Shown in pieces: positions 20,737 to 29,978 of a stretch of DNA of 64,000 bases. The DNA is from Gemmatimonadales bacterium (GTDB lineage Bacteria > Gemmatimonadota > Gemmatimonadetes > Gemmatimonadales > GWC2-71-9), in NCBI GenBank assembly GCA_039794085.1, contig JBDIWC010000004.1, forward strand, positions 1-64,000. Reading direction: 5' to 3'. The notes under the pieces are model-generated. The model searched no databases, was not told the DNA's origin, and saw nothing but the letters and a program-made list of their open reading frames with translations. The translations under genes and the position numbers were made by a program. Position 1 is the first letter of the stretch. Every line of letters starts with the position of its first letter.

Positions 20737-20850
20737 GAAGTTTGAAGTTCGAAGTTCGAAGTTCGAAGTTTGAAGGCGGAAGGGAGGAGAAGGCGGAAAG
20801 GAAACCGGGGTCGGCCGGGTTATCGGAGCGTCACCCCGGCGAACGCCGGG
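20737..20850. repeat. GAAGTT(C/T) heptamer array plus palindrome ACCCCGGCG-AA-CGCCGGGGT
   Basis: Reverse complement of the array at 207-238; short perfect inverted repeat at about 20833-20852. Confidence 0.8.
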
Positions 20851-20932
20851 GTCCAGCACTCAGACATCCGGCGACCTTCCTGACGCTCTTCAGTGTGTGC
20901 GCTCCTCTCACCACTCCCGTCTCCAAGGAACG

Positions 20933-22606
20933 ATGACTGACAACCGACGTTTCCCCTTCGCGCTGCTGGTCGGGACCTTCCTCTTCCTTGCCTGCGGGCC
21001 CGCGGGGCCGGCCCCCGACCTCATCGTCCTGGGGCGGGTCTGGACCGGTGACCGCACCGCTCCCTGGGCGCAGGGTGTTGCCATCCGGGGCGACCGCATC
21101 CTCGCCTTGGGGGATCGCGACACCATCCTGGCGATGGCGACCTCCGGGACCGTCACCCTCGACAACGGGACCAACCTCGTCACGCCCGGCCTCCAGGACG
21201 GCCACACTCACCTGTTCGGGGGCGGCTTCCAACTTCAATCCGTTGACTTGCGGGACGCCTCCTCCCCGGAGGAGTTTATCCGAAGGATCGCGGCCTTCGC
21301 CACCACCGTCGGCGAGGGCGTCTGGATCCAGGGTGGCACCTGGGACCACGAGCGCTGGCCCGGGGCCACGCTTCCCGCCGCGGCATGGATCGATTCGGTG
21401 ACGGGGAACACGCCCGTCTTCGTGAGTCGCCTCGACGGCCACATGGCACTCGCCAACTCGGCGGCGATGCGGTTGGCCGGGGTGACGTCCGCCACGCCCA
21501 CTCCTCCCGGTGGCGAGATCGTCCGTGACCGAAACGGGAATCCCACCGGAGTGTTCAAGGACGCCGCGATGGATCTCGTCGCGTCGGCGATTCCGTCGCC
21601 GAACGCCGAGCAGCTCGACAGTGCCTTGGCCGGGGCGATGCGGCACGCCGCGTCGCTGGGAGTGACCGCGGTATCGCATGTTTCCGCGTCCTGGGAGGAG
21701 GTCGCCGCCCTCCGGCGGGCCCGGGACCAGGGGCGGCTCACGCTGCGGGTGACGGTCTATACCCCGCTCGCGGGCTGGCGAGAGGCGGCGGAATCACTCC
21801 GGGTGTCGGGGCCTGGTGACGAGTGGCTCCGCGTCGCCGGGGTCAAGGGGTTTGTGGACGGATCCCTCGGGTCCACCACCGCCCTGTTCGAGGATCCCTA
21901 CACCGACGCCCGGGGAACGTCGGGGCTGTTCGTGACCCCCGAGGATTCCCTCCGGCGCTGGATCGCGGCGGCGGATTCCGCGGGGCTGCAGGTGGCTGTG
22001 CACGCCATTGGCGATCGTGCCAACGCGATTCTCCTCGACGTCTACGATAGCGTGGCTCGCGCCCACGGGCCCCGGGACCGCCGGTTCCGGATCGAGCATG
22101 CCCAGCATCTGCGCCCGGTGGACATCGAACGGATGGCCCGATTCGGCGTGCTGGCCTCGATGCAGCCCTATCATGCCATTGATGATGGGCGCTGGGCGGA
22201 AAAGAGGATCGGCCGGGACCGGATCCGCACCACCTACGCCTTCCGCTCGTTGCTCGACGCGGGGGCCGAGCTGGCGTTCGGCTCGGACTGGCCCGTGGCA
22301 CCCCTCCGGCCGGCCGAAGGGCTCTACGCGGCGGTGACGCGCCGCACCCTGGATGGCTGGAATCCCGAGGGATGGGTCCCGGCGGAGCGGATCACGCTGG
22401 AAGAGGCGTTGCGGGCGTACACGGCGGCCAATGCCCGGGCCACCTTTCACGAGGAGGATCTGGGTGTCCTCCGAGTAGGGGCCCTGGCAGATCTGGTGTT
22501 GTTCGACCGGGATCTCTTCCAGGTTCCGCCCGGTCAGATCCGCGAGGCGGCTGTGAAGAACACTGTGGTGGGGGGGGGACCGGTGCAGAGGATCCCCCCC
22601 GGGTGA
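20933..22606 (+). CDS. Amidohydrolase_3 (YtcJ-like) lipoprotein
   Basis: Lipobox FLAC; PGLQDGHTH, VDGSLGS, HAIGD, RIEHAQ, FGSDWPV. Confidence 0.92.
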   Translation: MTDNRRFPFALLVGTFLFLACGPAGPAPDLIVLGRVWTGDRTAPWAQGVAIRGDRILALGDRDTILAMATSGTVTLDNGTNLVTPGLQDGHTHLFGGGFQLQSVDLRDASSPEEFIRRIAAFATTVGEGVWIQGGTWDHERWPGATLPAAAWIDSVTGNTPVFVSRLDGHMALANSAAMRLAGVTSATPTPPGGEIVRDRNGNPTGVFKDAAMDLVASAIPSPNAEQLDSALAGAMRHAASLGVTAVSHVSASWEEVAALRRARDQGRLTLRVTVYTPLAGWREAAESLRVSGPGDEWLRVAGVKGFVDGSLGSTTALFEDPYTDARGTSGLFVTPEDSLRRWIAAADSAGLQVAVHAIGDRANAILLDVYDSVARAHGPRDRRFRIEHAQHLRPVDIERMARFGVLASMQPYHAIDDGRWAEKRIGRDRIRTTYAFRSLLDAGAELAFGSDWPVAPLRPAEGLYAAVTRRTLDGWNPEGWVPAERITLEEALRAYTAANARATFHEEDLGVLRVGALADLVLFDRDLFQVPPGQIREAAVKNTVVGGGPVQRIPPG

Positions 22607-22745
22607 CTACCTGATCAGATCCCGAGTATTCCGCGTGCGCCTCACCCCGATGAAAGGGCGCCCCATTTCGTTGGATATGCGCAACACTTTTTGGGATCGC
22701 CATGGAATGGGGTTGCCGCATGAGCGATTTCCATAATGCCATGTG

Positions 22746-22804
22746 AATCAAATGGTTGACCATTATCACATCCACCTCGCGAGGCGGTCGGGCCACGGGT
22801 TGCA
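22746..22804 (+). promoter_or_regulatory. IHF site plus candidate sigma54 promoter for the lasso cluster
   Basis: AATCAAATGGTTG matches WATCAANNNNTTR (22746-22758); GG-N10-GC with TTGCA at 22790-22804, but the -24 box is imperfect. Confidence 0.55.
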
Positions 22805-22904
22805 AGTGGCTGGTTTCTTGCCGTATGATTATTGTTCGGTGATGTTGCGATATCGCCGAAAGGGCATCGAGCCCTTGGGATCCCTTTTCGCTTTGGAGGT
22901 GTAT

Positions 22905-23027
22905 ATGGCCAGCCACAAGACACCGTGGACCCGCCCGGTTCTCGTCACCAAGCCCGTGCAGGAGACTCTGCAGGGACTTGGAAGCAACCTCGACGCTATC
23001 GGCGGCGAATTTCCGGTGCAGAGCTAA
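22905..23027 (+). CDS. Lasso peptide precursor (A), 40 aa: MASHKTPWTRPVLVTKPVQETL-QGLGSNLDAIGGEFPVQS
   Basis: GGAGGT RBS at 22895; leader WxxPxL; Thr at -2; acceptor Asp; C-terminal Ser; directly upstream of the lasso maturation genes. Confidence 0.9.
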   Translation: MASHKTPWTRPVLVTKPVQETLQGLGSNLDAIGGEFPVQS

Positions 23028-23049
23028 GCACCCAGCTCGAATCGGAAAT

Positions 23050-23090
23050 CGATGCCCCCCGGGAATTGCAGCCTGGGGGGCATCGGCTTT
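23050..23090 (+). terminator. GC-rich stem-loop after the precursor (attenuator or mRNA stabiliser)
   Basis: CGATGCCCCCCGGG...CCTGGGGGGCATCG followed by GCTTT. Confidence 0.7.
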
Positions 23091-23122
23091 CCTGGCCTGC
23101 GTTGACATCGGAGTGGGCAAAG

Positions 23123-24088
23123 ATGGCGCTCGATGAGATCCTCCTTTCGACACCCCTGCAGTACCTCATCTATGGCCTACGCGTCGAAAGCGACATTGAC
23201 CTCCCCGGATGGCCCCACGCCGCCGGAGGAGGACCTGCCGACCTGACCATCCGCCATCGGTCCCTCCCTATGGACCGATCGCCAGGGGCCCCCTACACCG
23301 CCCAGGGAGCACTCAAGAACGACCGAGTCGACCTCTACATCCGCGGGGTCGGGGCCTACCGGGCAGCCGACGGAACCCGCATTGATGTCGACCCCGACCC
23401 TTCGGCGTCCCCGGAGGATGTCCTCCTCTACCTCACGGGTGCGATGCTCGGGGTCATCCTCCACCTTCGTGGAGCCTTTCCCCTTCACGCCAGCTGCGTC
23501 ACCCTGGGACCGGGTGGAGGCGGCATCGCGTTTGCCGGCCCTTCAGGGGCGGGAAAATCGACCCTTGTCAGTGCCTTCCTGGATCGTGGGGGGGTGCTGG
23601 TGACGGACGACGTGGCGGTATTATTCCAGACCGAAGAAGGACATACCCATGCCTGGCCCGGCGCTCGTCGGGTAAAGCTCGACGACGGCTCCCTGGAGGT
23701 CCTGAAGCGTCCGAAGGGCGAAGGGCGGGGACTCGAACGGGCGGGGGGGAATCGGGGGAAATTCCATGTGACGGTCGAGGGTGCCCTTCTGCCGCCGACC
23801 CCCGTGGCCAAGGTATACATCCTGCATGAGGAGGAGGGACTGGTCCGCACGGAGAACCTGAGCGGGGTAGACGCCGTCGCGGCCCTGGTGGAGCACACGT
23901 ACCTTTTGGCCTACGCCTCTGGCCTCGGTCGGGGGCGGCAATGCTTCCGACTGGCTGCGGAGGTGGCTCGCACGGTCCCTGTCGCCCGCCTCATTCGACC
24001 GAGGGGGTTCCAGCATCTCGAACCGGTGCTCGACCTCCTCGAGCAGGAGGCCCGAACGGCCCAGGATACCACAAGGGGGGATGCATGA
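23123..24088 (+). CDS. HPr-kinase-like lasso precursor kinase (PadeK-like)
   Basis: LHASCV, Walker A GPSGAGKST, TDD; N-terminal YGLRVESD; cluster context. Confidence 0.87.
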   Translation: MALDEILLSTPLQYLIYGLRVESDIDLPGWPHAAGGGPADLTIRHRSLPMDRSPGAPYTAQGALKNDRVDLYIRGVGAYRAADGTRIDVDPDPSASPEDVLLYLTGAMLGVILHLRGAFPLHASCVTLGPGGGGIAFAGPSGAGKSTLVSAFLDRGGVLVTDDVAVLFQTEEGHTHAWPGARRVKLDDGSLEVLKRPKGEGRGLERAGGNRGKFHVTVEGALLPPTPVAKVYILHEEEGLVRTENLSGVDAVAALVEHTYLLAYASGLGRGRQCFRLAAEVARTVPVARLIRPRGFQHLEPVLDLLEQEARTAQDTTRGDA

Positions 24089-24375
24089 CACCCGGCAATC
24101 TGATTGGTCCCGACACCCGGCTCGCACGGAGCGACGAACCGGTGGCGGTCGAGGTCGACCGCACCGTCGTGATGATGAGCGTGGAGCAGGGGAAGTATTT
24201 CGGCCTCGAAGGGCCGGGAGGCCGCATCTGGGCCTTGTTGGAGCAACCGCGAACGCCGCGTGAACTGCGGGACACCCTCCTGGACGAATTTGCGGTTGAC
24301 CCCGACCGCTGTCTTCAGGACGTCTGCGATTTTCTGGAGGAGCTCCGCAGCGCCGGCCTGGTTCACGTTCCATGA
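24085..24375 (+). CDS. PqqD-family RiPP recognition element (lasso B1)
   Basis: VMMSVEQGKYFGL, RIWALLEQP, EFAVDPDRCLQDV pattern. Confidence 0.92.
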   Translation: MTPGNLIGPDTRLARSDEPVAVEVDRTVVMMSVEQGKYFGLEGPGGRIWALLEQPRTPRELRDTLLDEFAVDPDRCLQDVCDFLEELRSAGLVHVP

Positions 24376-24800
24376 ACCTGCTGGCCCGGGCCGGGCGCCT
24401 CTCGGTCGCGGAAATGCGGTTGCTCACCGAGGCCATCTTCGGTCTGGTGGTGAGCGGGGTGCTCATCCGGTTCTGGCGATTCCGCGTCCTCGCGGCGCAC
24501 CTGGGGCGACACATGGCCGAGAGTCCGATCGACCAGGATCGGGCGCAACTCGCGGTCGCCCAGAGCATCCGGTGGGCGATACACGCGACGGCGCGGCGAC
24601 TTCCCTGGCATCCCGTCTGTCTCCCCCAGGCCCTGACTGCGCAGTGGATGCTCCGGCGCCGTGGCATCACCTCGACGCTGTACCTTGGCGTGGACCCCGG
24701 CTCCCGATACGACGCCCACGCCTGGGTTCGGGCCGGCGCCCTGATCGTCACCGGCGGACCGCGCCGGCCGGAGTTCGTGGTTGTCTCCACCTTTGCATGA
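24372..24800 (+). CDS. Lasso leader peptidase B2 (transglutaminase-like)
   Basis: CLPQAL catalytic Cys, LYLGV, AHAWV catalytic His. Confidence 0.93.
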   Translation: MNLLARAGRLSVAEMRLLTEAIFGLVVSGVLIRFWRFRVLAAHLGRHMAESPIDQDRAQLAVAQSIRWAIHATARRLPWHPVCLPQALTAQWMLRRRGITSTLYLGVDPGSRYDAHAWVRAGALIVTGGPRRPEFVVVSTFA

Positions 24801-24842
24801 TGGCGACGCCATGAGTCTCGCCGCCGAGAAACGCGTCACGCG

Positions 24843-26789
24843 ATGAGCACCATTGCCGGACTCTACCAATGGGACGGTGGCCCCGCGTCGCGATCTCGCC
24901 TCGCGCCGATGCTGGATACCCTCGCGGCCTGTGGTGGGGAAGCCCGGTGCTGGGCCCCTGAAACGGAATCCCACCCGGTGGCCCTGGGATGCCGCCCCCT
25001 GCGAATCACCGCGGAGGATGAGAACTACCATCCTCCGCTCCGCTCTCCGGATGGCCAGCTGGTGCTCGTGGCGGACGCCCGGATCGACAATCGAGTCGAC
25101 CTGGGCCATCGGCTCGGAATCTCCGCAGCGGAGGCCGGAACGTTGTCGGATCCCGGGTTCATTCTGGCGGCGTATGAGGCGTGGGGCCGTGACTGTGTCC
25201 GTCACCTTCTCGGTGACTTCGTGTTCCTGCTCTGGGATGGACAGCGCCGGACCCTCTTTGGTGCGCGAGACGGGTTGGGGCAGCGGGTGCTGTTCTTCCA
25301 CCGGAGCCCTTCCCGCGTGGCCTTTGCCAGCACCCCTGCCGCGCTACTCGCCTTGGACGACGTCCCGGCCCGCCTGAACCGGCGCAAGGTCGCCATGGCT
25401 CTGGTTCTCCTCCAGGATCCCGGGACAACCTATTTCGAGGGGATCGAGCGGCTGCTCCCGGGACACACCCTGGAAGCGGGTCCGTCCGGGATCCATATCG
25501 CTCCGTTCTGGACACCGGTCCCAACCCGCGAGATCCGGTTCGCGTCGGATAGCGAGTATGTCGAGGCCTTTCTGGGTGTGTTCGACTCGGCCGTTCGGGC
25601 CCGGACCCGTGGCACGGGCGGGATCGGTGTCCTCCTGAGCGGGGGGATCGATTCCACCGCGGTCGCGGCCACTGCGGCCCTGACGATGGAGGGGCGGCCG
25701 CTCCACGCGTTTCATGCGGCTCCCGCTCTCAACTTCGACGGTCGAATCGGGCGGGGGATGGTGGCCGACGAATCCGCCGATGTGGTGGCGATTGCCGAGC
25801 ACCATCCCACCATTGACCTCCGGATCGATCGCGCCTCCTACCTCAAGGAGCTGTGGGAGGTCGATTCCCTGTACGGAGCCGTGGGGTCGCCGGTTCGCAA
25901 TCCAAGCAACTGGGGCTGGTACCAGGGACAATACGCCGCGGCTCGCGCAGTGGGTGTGCGCGTGATGCTGAATGGAAGCATGGGGAACGCGACCATCAGC
26001 CACCTGGGAACGAGGTCCCTTCGCGATCTCGCGCGGCGGGGTGCCTGGGCGACACTCTGGCGAGAGATGCACTCCGTGGCGGCTGCCACGGGGGCCGGTC
26101 GGTGGTCGGTGCTTCGGGATCAGGTTCTCCTGCCCCTCATTCCGCTGCCCGTGGAGCGCCTGTACCGTCGGTGGCGTGGTCTCCGGACCCTCTCGCTCCT
26201 GGATCAGTCCGCCTCGGCGCTCCGCCGGGACCAGGTGGCGGCCTTTGCCCTGGAGGACGTGGCCCGGACCATGGGCCGCGGCGCGGATCAGCTTCGGCGG
26301 TGCCGAGGTCTGGATCTCCGGTTAGCGACCCTCGCCGGGACTGGGGAGACGTTTGATGCCCTCAACGGCCTGCGCGCCTGGCATGGGATTGAAACGCGCG
26401 ATCCCACGGCCGACACCCGGGTCGTGGAGTTCTGCCTGGCGATCCCCGAAACGCAGTACCATCGTGGCGGGGAGAAGCGCTGGTTGATCCGTCGTGCCAT
26501 GCGAGGCCGGGTTCCCGACCAGGTCCTCGACCGGAAGGAGTTCGGTGGCCAGGGGGCCGACTGGATGGACTGGATGCACTTCCTGCGACCGGATGCGGCC
26601 AGGGAACTCGACAACATGGACCGGTCGGAGACGGCCCGGGACCTCCTCGATCTTCCGCGGCTGCGCACCCTCCTCGATCGGTGGCCGGAGCGATTCGGCC
26701 CCGAGCACGAGGTGGACTACAAGCTGCGCTTTCTTCGGGGAATCATGATGGGTCGCTTCCTCCTCTGGTTTGAAAGGACCCACGGGTGA
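24843..26789 (+). CDS. Lasso cyclase C (asparagine synthetase-like)
   Basis: ARIDNR, ARDGLG, LSGGIDS; begins MSTIAG, lacking the N-terminal Cys of glutaminase-active AsnB. Confidence 0.9.
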   Translation: MSTIAGLYQWDGGPASRSRLAPMLDTLAACGGEARCWAPETESHPVALGCRPLRITAEDENYHPPLRSPDGQLVLVADARIDNRVDLGHRLGISAAEAGTLSDPGFILAAYEAWGRDCVRHLLGDFVFLLWDGQRRTLFGARDGLGQRVLFFHRSPSRVAFASTPAALLALDDVPARLNRRKVAMALVLLQDPGTTYFEGIERLLPGHTLEAGPSGIHIAPFWTPVPTREIRFASDSEYVEAFLGVFDSAVRARTRGTGGIGVLLSGGIDSTAVAATAALTMEGRPLHAFHAAPALNFDGRIGRGMVADESADVVAIAEHHPTIDLRIDRASYLKELWEVDSLYGAVGSPVRNPSNWGWYQGQYAAARAVGVRVMLNGSMGNATISHLGTRSLRDLARRGAWATLWREMHSVAAATGAGRWSVLRDQVLLPLIPLPVERLYRRWRGLRTLSLLDQSASALRRDQVAAFALEDVARTMGRGADQLRRCRGLDLRLATLAGTGETFDALNGLRAWHGIETRDPTADTRVVEFCLAIPETQYHRGGEKRWLIRRAMRGRVPDQVLDRKEFGGQGADWMDWMHFLRPDAARELDNMDRSETARDLLDLPRLRTLLDRWPERFGPEHEVDYKLRFLRGIMMGRFLLWFERTHG

Positions 26790-28600
26790 GGGCGCCGAGT
26801 CGGACGGAGAGCCCGTGGCTGTTTGACCTGGGGCCGCTGCGGCATGGCCTTGCTCTGGTCTGGCGGAGCGCACCGGGGTGGTCTCTGGTGCAGGGAAGTC
26901 TCCTGGTGGTGCAGGGGATCCTCCCCCTCGCATCACTCTACCTCATCAAGCTGATCGTCGACACGGTCAGCGCCGCCGTGACCACGGGCAACAGCGATCC
27001 GGGCCGATTGACCCTTCTCGTCCTGCTGGGGGGCGGGGTCGCCGCGCTGTCGGCGGGACTGGGGGCCCTCAGTACCATGGTGGGAGAAGTACAGTCGCTC
27101 CGTCTTGCCGACGCGGTGCTGGACGTGATGCACGCTCAATCGGTGTCGATCGACCTCGAGCGATACGAAAGTGCGGAGTATCACGACACGCTCCATCGCA
27201 CCCAGGAGCGAGCCCCGTACCGCCCTGCGCGCATCGTGCAGGAAGTGTCTCAGATCGCGCGGGGGGGGCTCTCCCTCGTCGGCATCCTGGGCCTCCTGCT
27301 CGCGTTTCATTGGCTCCTCGTGGTGGTCTTGCTGGTGGCGGCGATTCCCGGACTGGTGATCAAGACGGTCCACTCCCGTCGCCACCATGCCTGGGCCCAG
27401 ACCCGCACGGCCGTCCACCGGCTGGCACAGTACCTCAGCTCGCTGATGACCAGCGCGGCATTCGCCAAGGAGATCCGGCTGTTCGACCTCGGCGGGCCTC
27501 TTCGCCAACGGTTTCGGGTCATCCGGGAAGCGGTCATCAGGGATCGGATCCATCTGGTGCGCCGGCGCGCGATCGCAGACCTGGGGGCGCAGGTCGTGGC
27601 CGTGGCCGCGGTCTTTGGTTCCCTGCTGGTGGTGGCGCGGTGGGCCGCGTCTGGAGCCTTGTCGGTGGGGGACATGGTGATGTACTTCGGGGCTTTTCAG
27701 CGGGCGCAGGATTACTTCAAGGACATGCTGTCAGGGGTGGCCGGATTGTATGAGGACAACCTCTTCCTGGCGGACTTCCAGGAGTTCGCCTCGCTCCGCC
27801 CCAGGGTCGTGGATCCCCCCGTGCCGCGAGCCTTCCCCCATCCTCTGACGGAGGGCATCTCCTGCGACGGGCTGACCTTCCGGTATCCGGGGACCGATCG
27901 GGATGTGCTGACTGACATCACCTTCGACATCCGTCCGGGGGAGCACGTGGCACTGGTCGGAGAAAACGGGTCCGGCAAGACCACTCTCGTCAAGCTTCTC
28001 TGCCGGTTGTACGATCCGACGCGTGGTGAAATTCGGATCGGAGGGGTCGATCTTCGGACCTTTCGTCTCACGGATCTCCGCCGGGAGCTGGCCGTCGTGT
28101 ACCAGGACTATGCGCGCTATCAACTCTCGGTGCGCGACAATATCTGGATGGGCAATGTGGACCTCTCCCCGGACAGCCCCCGGATCACCGAGGCGGCGCG
28201 CCGCACCGGAGCGGACACCGCGATCGCACGGCTCCCGCACGGGTACGACACGATTCTGGGTCGCCAATTCGTGGACGGAGCGGAGTTGAGCCTCGGGGAA
28301 TGGCAGAAGATTGCCCTCGCTCGCGCCTTCGTGCGCGACGCCCAGATTATCATCCTGGATGAACCGACCGCAGCGCTCGATCCTCGCTCCGAGGCCGAGG
28401 TCTTTGAGCAGTTCACCGCTCTGGCGGCCGGGAGAACCACCCTCGTGATCAGCCACCGGCTCGCCACGGTCCGGAACGCCGACCGCATATTCGTGATGGC
28501 AGAGGGTCGCCTCGTCGAATCAGGCCCCCATGATGCCCTCATGGCCCAGGAGGGCATCTACGCACATTTCTTCGAGACCCAGGCGAGGTCCTACCGGTGA
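26786..28600 (+). CDS. ABC exporter, fused permease/ATPase (lasso D)
   Basis: TM domain; GENGSGKT, LSLGEWQ, LDEPT, SHRL. Confidence 0.93.
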   Translation: MRAPSRTESPWLFDLGPLRHGLALVWRSAPGWSLVQGSLLVVQGILPLASLYLIKLIVDTVSAAVTTGNSDPGRLTLLVLLGGGVAALSAGLGALSTMVGEVQSLRLADAVLDVMHAQSVSIDLERYESAEYHDTLHRTQERAPYRPARIVQEVSQIARGGLSLVGILGLLLAFHWLLVVVLLVAAIPGLVIKTVHSRRHHAWAQTRTAVHRLAQYLSSLMTSAAFAKEIRLFDLGGPLRQRFRVIREAVIRDRIHLVRRRAIADLGAQVVAVAAVFGSLLVVARWAASGALSVGDMVMYFGAFQRAQDYFKDMLSGVAGLYEDNLFLADFQEFASLRPRVVDPPVPRAFPHPLTEGISCDGLTFRYPGTDRDVLTDITFDIRPGEHVALVGENGSGKTTLVKLLCRLYDPTRGEIRIGGVDLRTFRLTDLRRELAVVYQDYARYQLSVRDNIWMGNVDLSPDSPRITEAARRTGADTAIARLPHGYDTILGRQFVDGAELSLGEWQKIALARAFVRDAQIIILDEPTAALDPRSEAEVFEQFTALAAGRTTLVISHRLATVRNADRIFVMAEGRLVESGPHDALMAQEGIYAHFFETQARSYR

Positions 28601-29820
28601 GCGAACCCGGGGGTCGCCTGCTCGCCCTCCTGCGGGGAAAGGGCCGTGATCTTGGATGCCCCTCCGAGGACGAGTGGCCTCTCCTCCTCGGTCAGGCGGC
28701 CCAGTGGCAGTGCGGAGCACTGACTTACCGGACGCTGGAGGACGCCCGGTGCCTCGAGCTTGCTCCCGCAGGCGTACGCGACCGGCTGCGATCGGCCTAT
28801 GTGCAGGCCGCCACCCGGAACGCGCTCCTCTTCCGGGATGTCGCCCGTGCGGCCGCGATGCTCGCGCGCGCCGACATTCCCCTGATGCTTCTCAAGGGGG
28901 TACACCTTGCCCGGTTCGTCTATCCCGAACCGGCCCTGCGAAGCATGGCAGATCTGGATCTGATGGTCCCGCGGGACCGGCTCGTCGAGGCGGAGAACCT
29001 CTTTCTGGGGGCCGGGTGTGGACCGACCCCGCGTCCCGATCCCGTCGAGTTCTGTACCCGCTCCAATCATCTCGCGAAGCTGTCCGCCCCGGGCGGAACG
29101 GTGGTCGAGCTGCACTGGACCATCGAGCGGCCCACGAGCCCGTTTGCCATCGATCTGGACGGCCTGTGGGCGCGAGCCGACATCGTCCGGTTCGAGAAGC
29201 AACGGGTTCGGGTGCTCTCCCCGGAAGACCTGGTGTTGCACCTGGTGCTTCACACGTCCTTTCACCACGGGTTCGATCGCTCGGCGATCAAGGCCCTGGT
29301 GGACCTTCGCCATGTGATCGACCTCCATCGCGACACGCTCGACTGGAACACCCTGGTCACCCGCGCGAATGCCTGGGGAGCCGGTGGAGTCACCTACGTG
29401 ACCCTGCAACTCGCCACCTCCCTCATGGGTGCACCGGTTCCAGCCGCAGCCCTGGGGACACTGGAGCACTCCCCCGACGATGAGGTGGCGATGGAGGCGG
29501 CCCGGGAGTTCGTCCTGCGGCCACCGACCCTGCCGAAGGTGTTCGTGGAAGTCGCCCGACGCACGGGATCGGACCGGTGGAGGTGGATCTTCCATCGGAT
29601 CTTCCCCCCGCCGATGACCATGGCGAGGCTCCACGGCCTGAGGTTAGGCTCTCCGTGGGTGTACCCACTCTACCTGATTCGCCTCGCTGGCCTTCTGGTG
29701 GGGCGGGGGCTCCTGCTGCTGAGAGCGATGCTTCCCGGGGCCGCCCGCAAGGAAACCCTCGAAAGAGAGGTGAACCGGCAGCGCATCGAGGAGTGGATCA
29801 AGGCCCAGGGCGGCTCCTGA
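28597..29820 (+). CDS. Nucleotidyltransferase family protein (NTP_transf_5-like; lasso tailoring candidate)
   Basis: LLKG, RSMADLDLMV, VELHW motifs; GTGA overlap with the ABC gene. Confidence 0.88.
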   Translation: MSEPGGRLLALLRGKGRDLGCPSEDEWPLLLGQAAQWQCGALTYRTLEDARCLELAPAGVRDRLRSAYVQAATRNALLFRDVARAAAMLARADIPLMLLKGVHLARFVYPEPALRSMADLDLMVPRDRLVEAENLFLGAGCGPTPRPDPVEFCTRSNHLAKLSAPGGTVVELHWTIERPTSPFAIDLDGLWARADIVRFEKQRVRVLSPEDLVLHLVLHTSFHHGFDRSAIKALVDLRHVIDLHRDTLDWNTLVTRANAWGAGGVTYVTLQLATSLMGAPVPAAALGTLEHSPDDEVAMEAAREFVLRPPTLPKVFVEVARRTGSDRWRWIFHRIFPPPMTMARLHGLRLGSPWVYPLYLIRLAGLLVGRGLLLLRAMLPGAARKETLEREVNRQRIEEWIKAQGGS

Positions 29821-29978
29821 AAAAAAGCGGGGGTATGATTCGTCCCTTGGCGGTGATATAGTAGTAGTTTGTAATACTACGTACTGGAGACCCTCCTCTC
29901 CGGGGCCATGCCCGGACTATATTGAAACGTTCGGCGCCCCTCGGGTGCGCTCTTCGATTCTCCAGCCGGCAGATTCCC

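Noticed and set aside
22743..22904. N-terminal extension of the 94-aa ORF containing the lasso precursor
   Set aside because: It overlaps promoter elements, and the strong RBS and leader motif support a start at 22905.
24843..26789. Housekeeping asparagine synthetase asnB
   Set aside because: It lacks the catalytic N-terminal Cys and sits with B1, B2 and a precursor.
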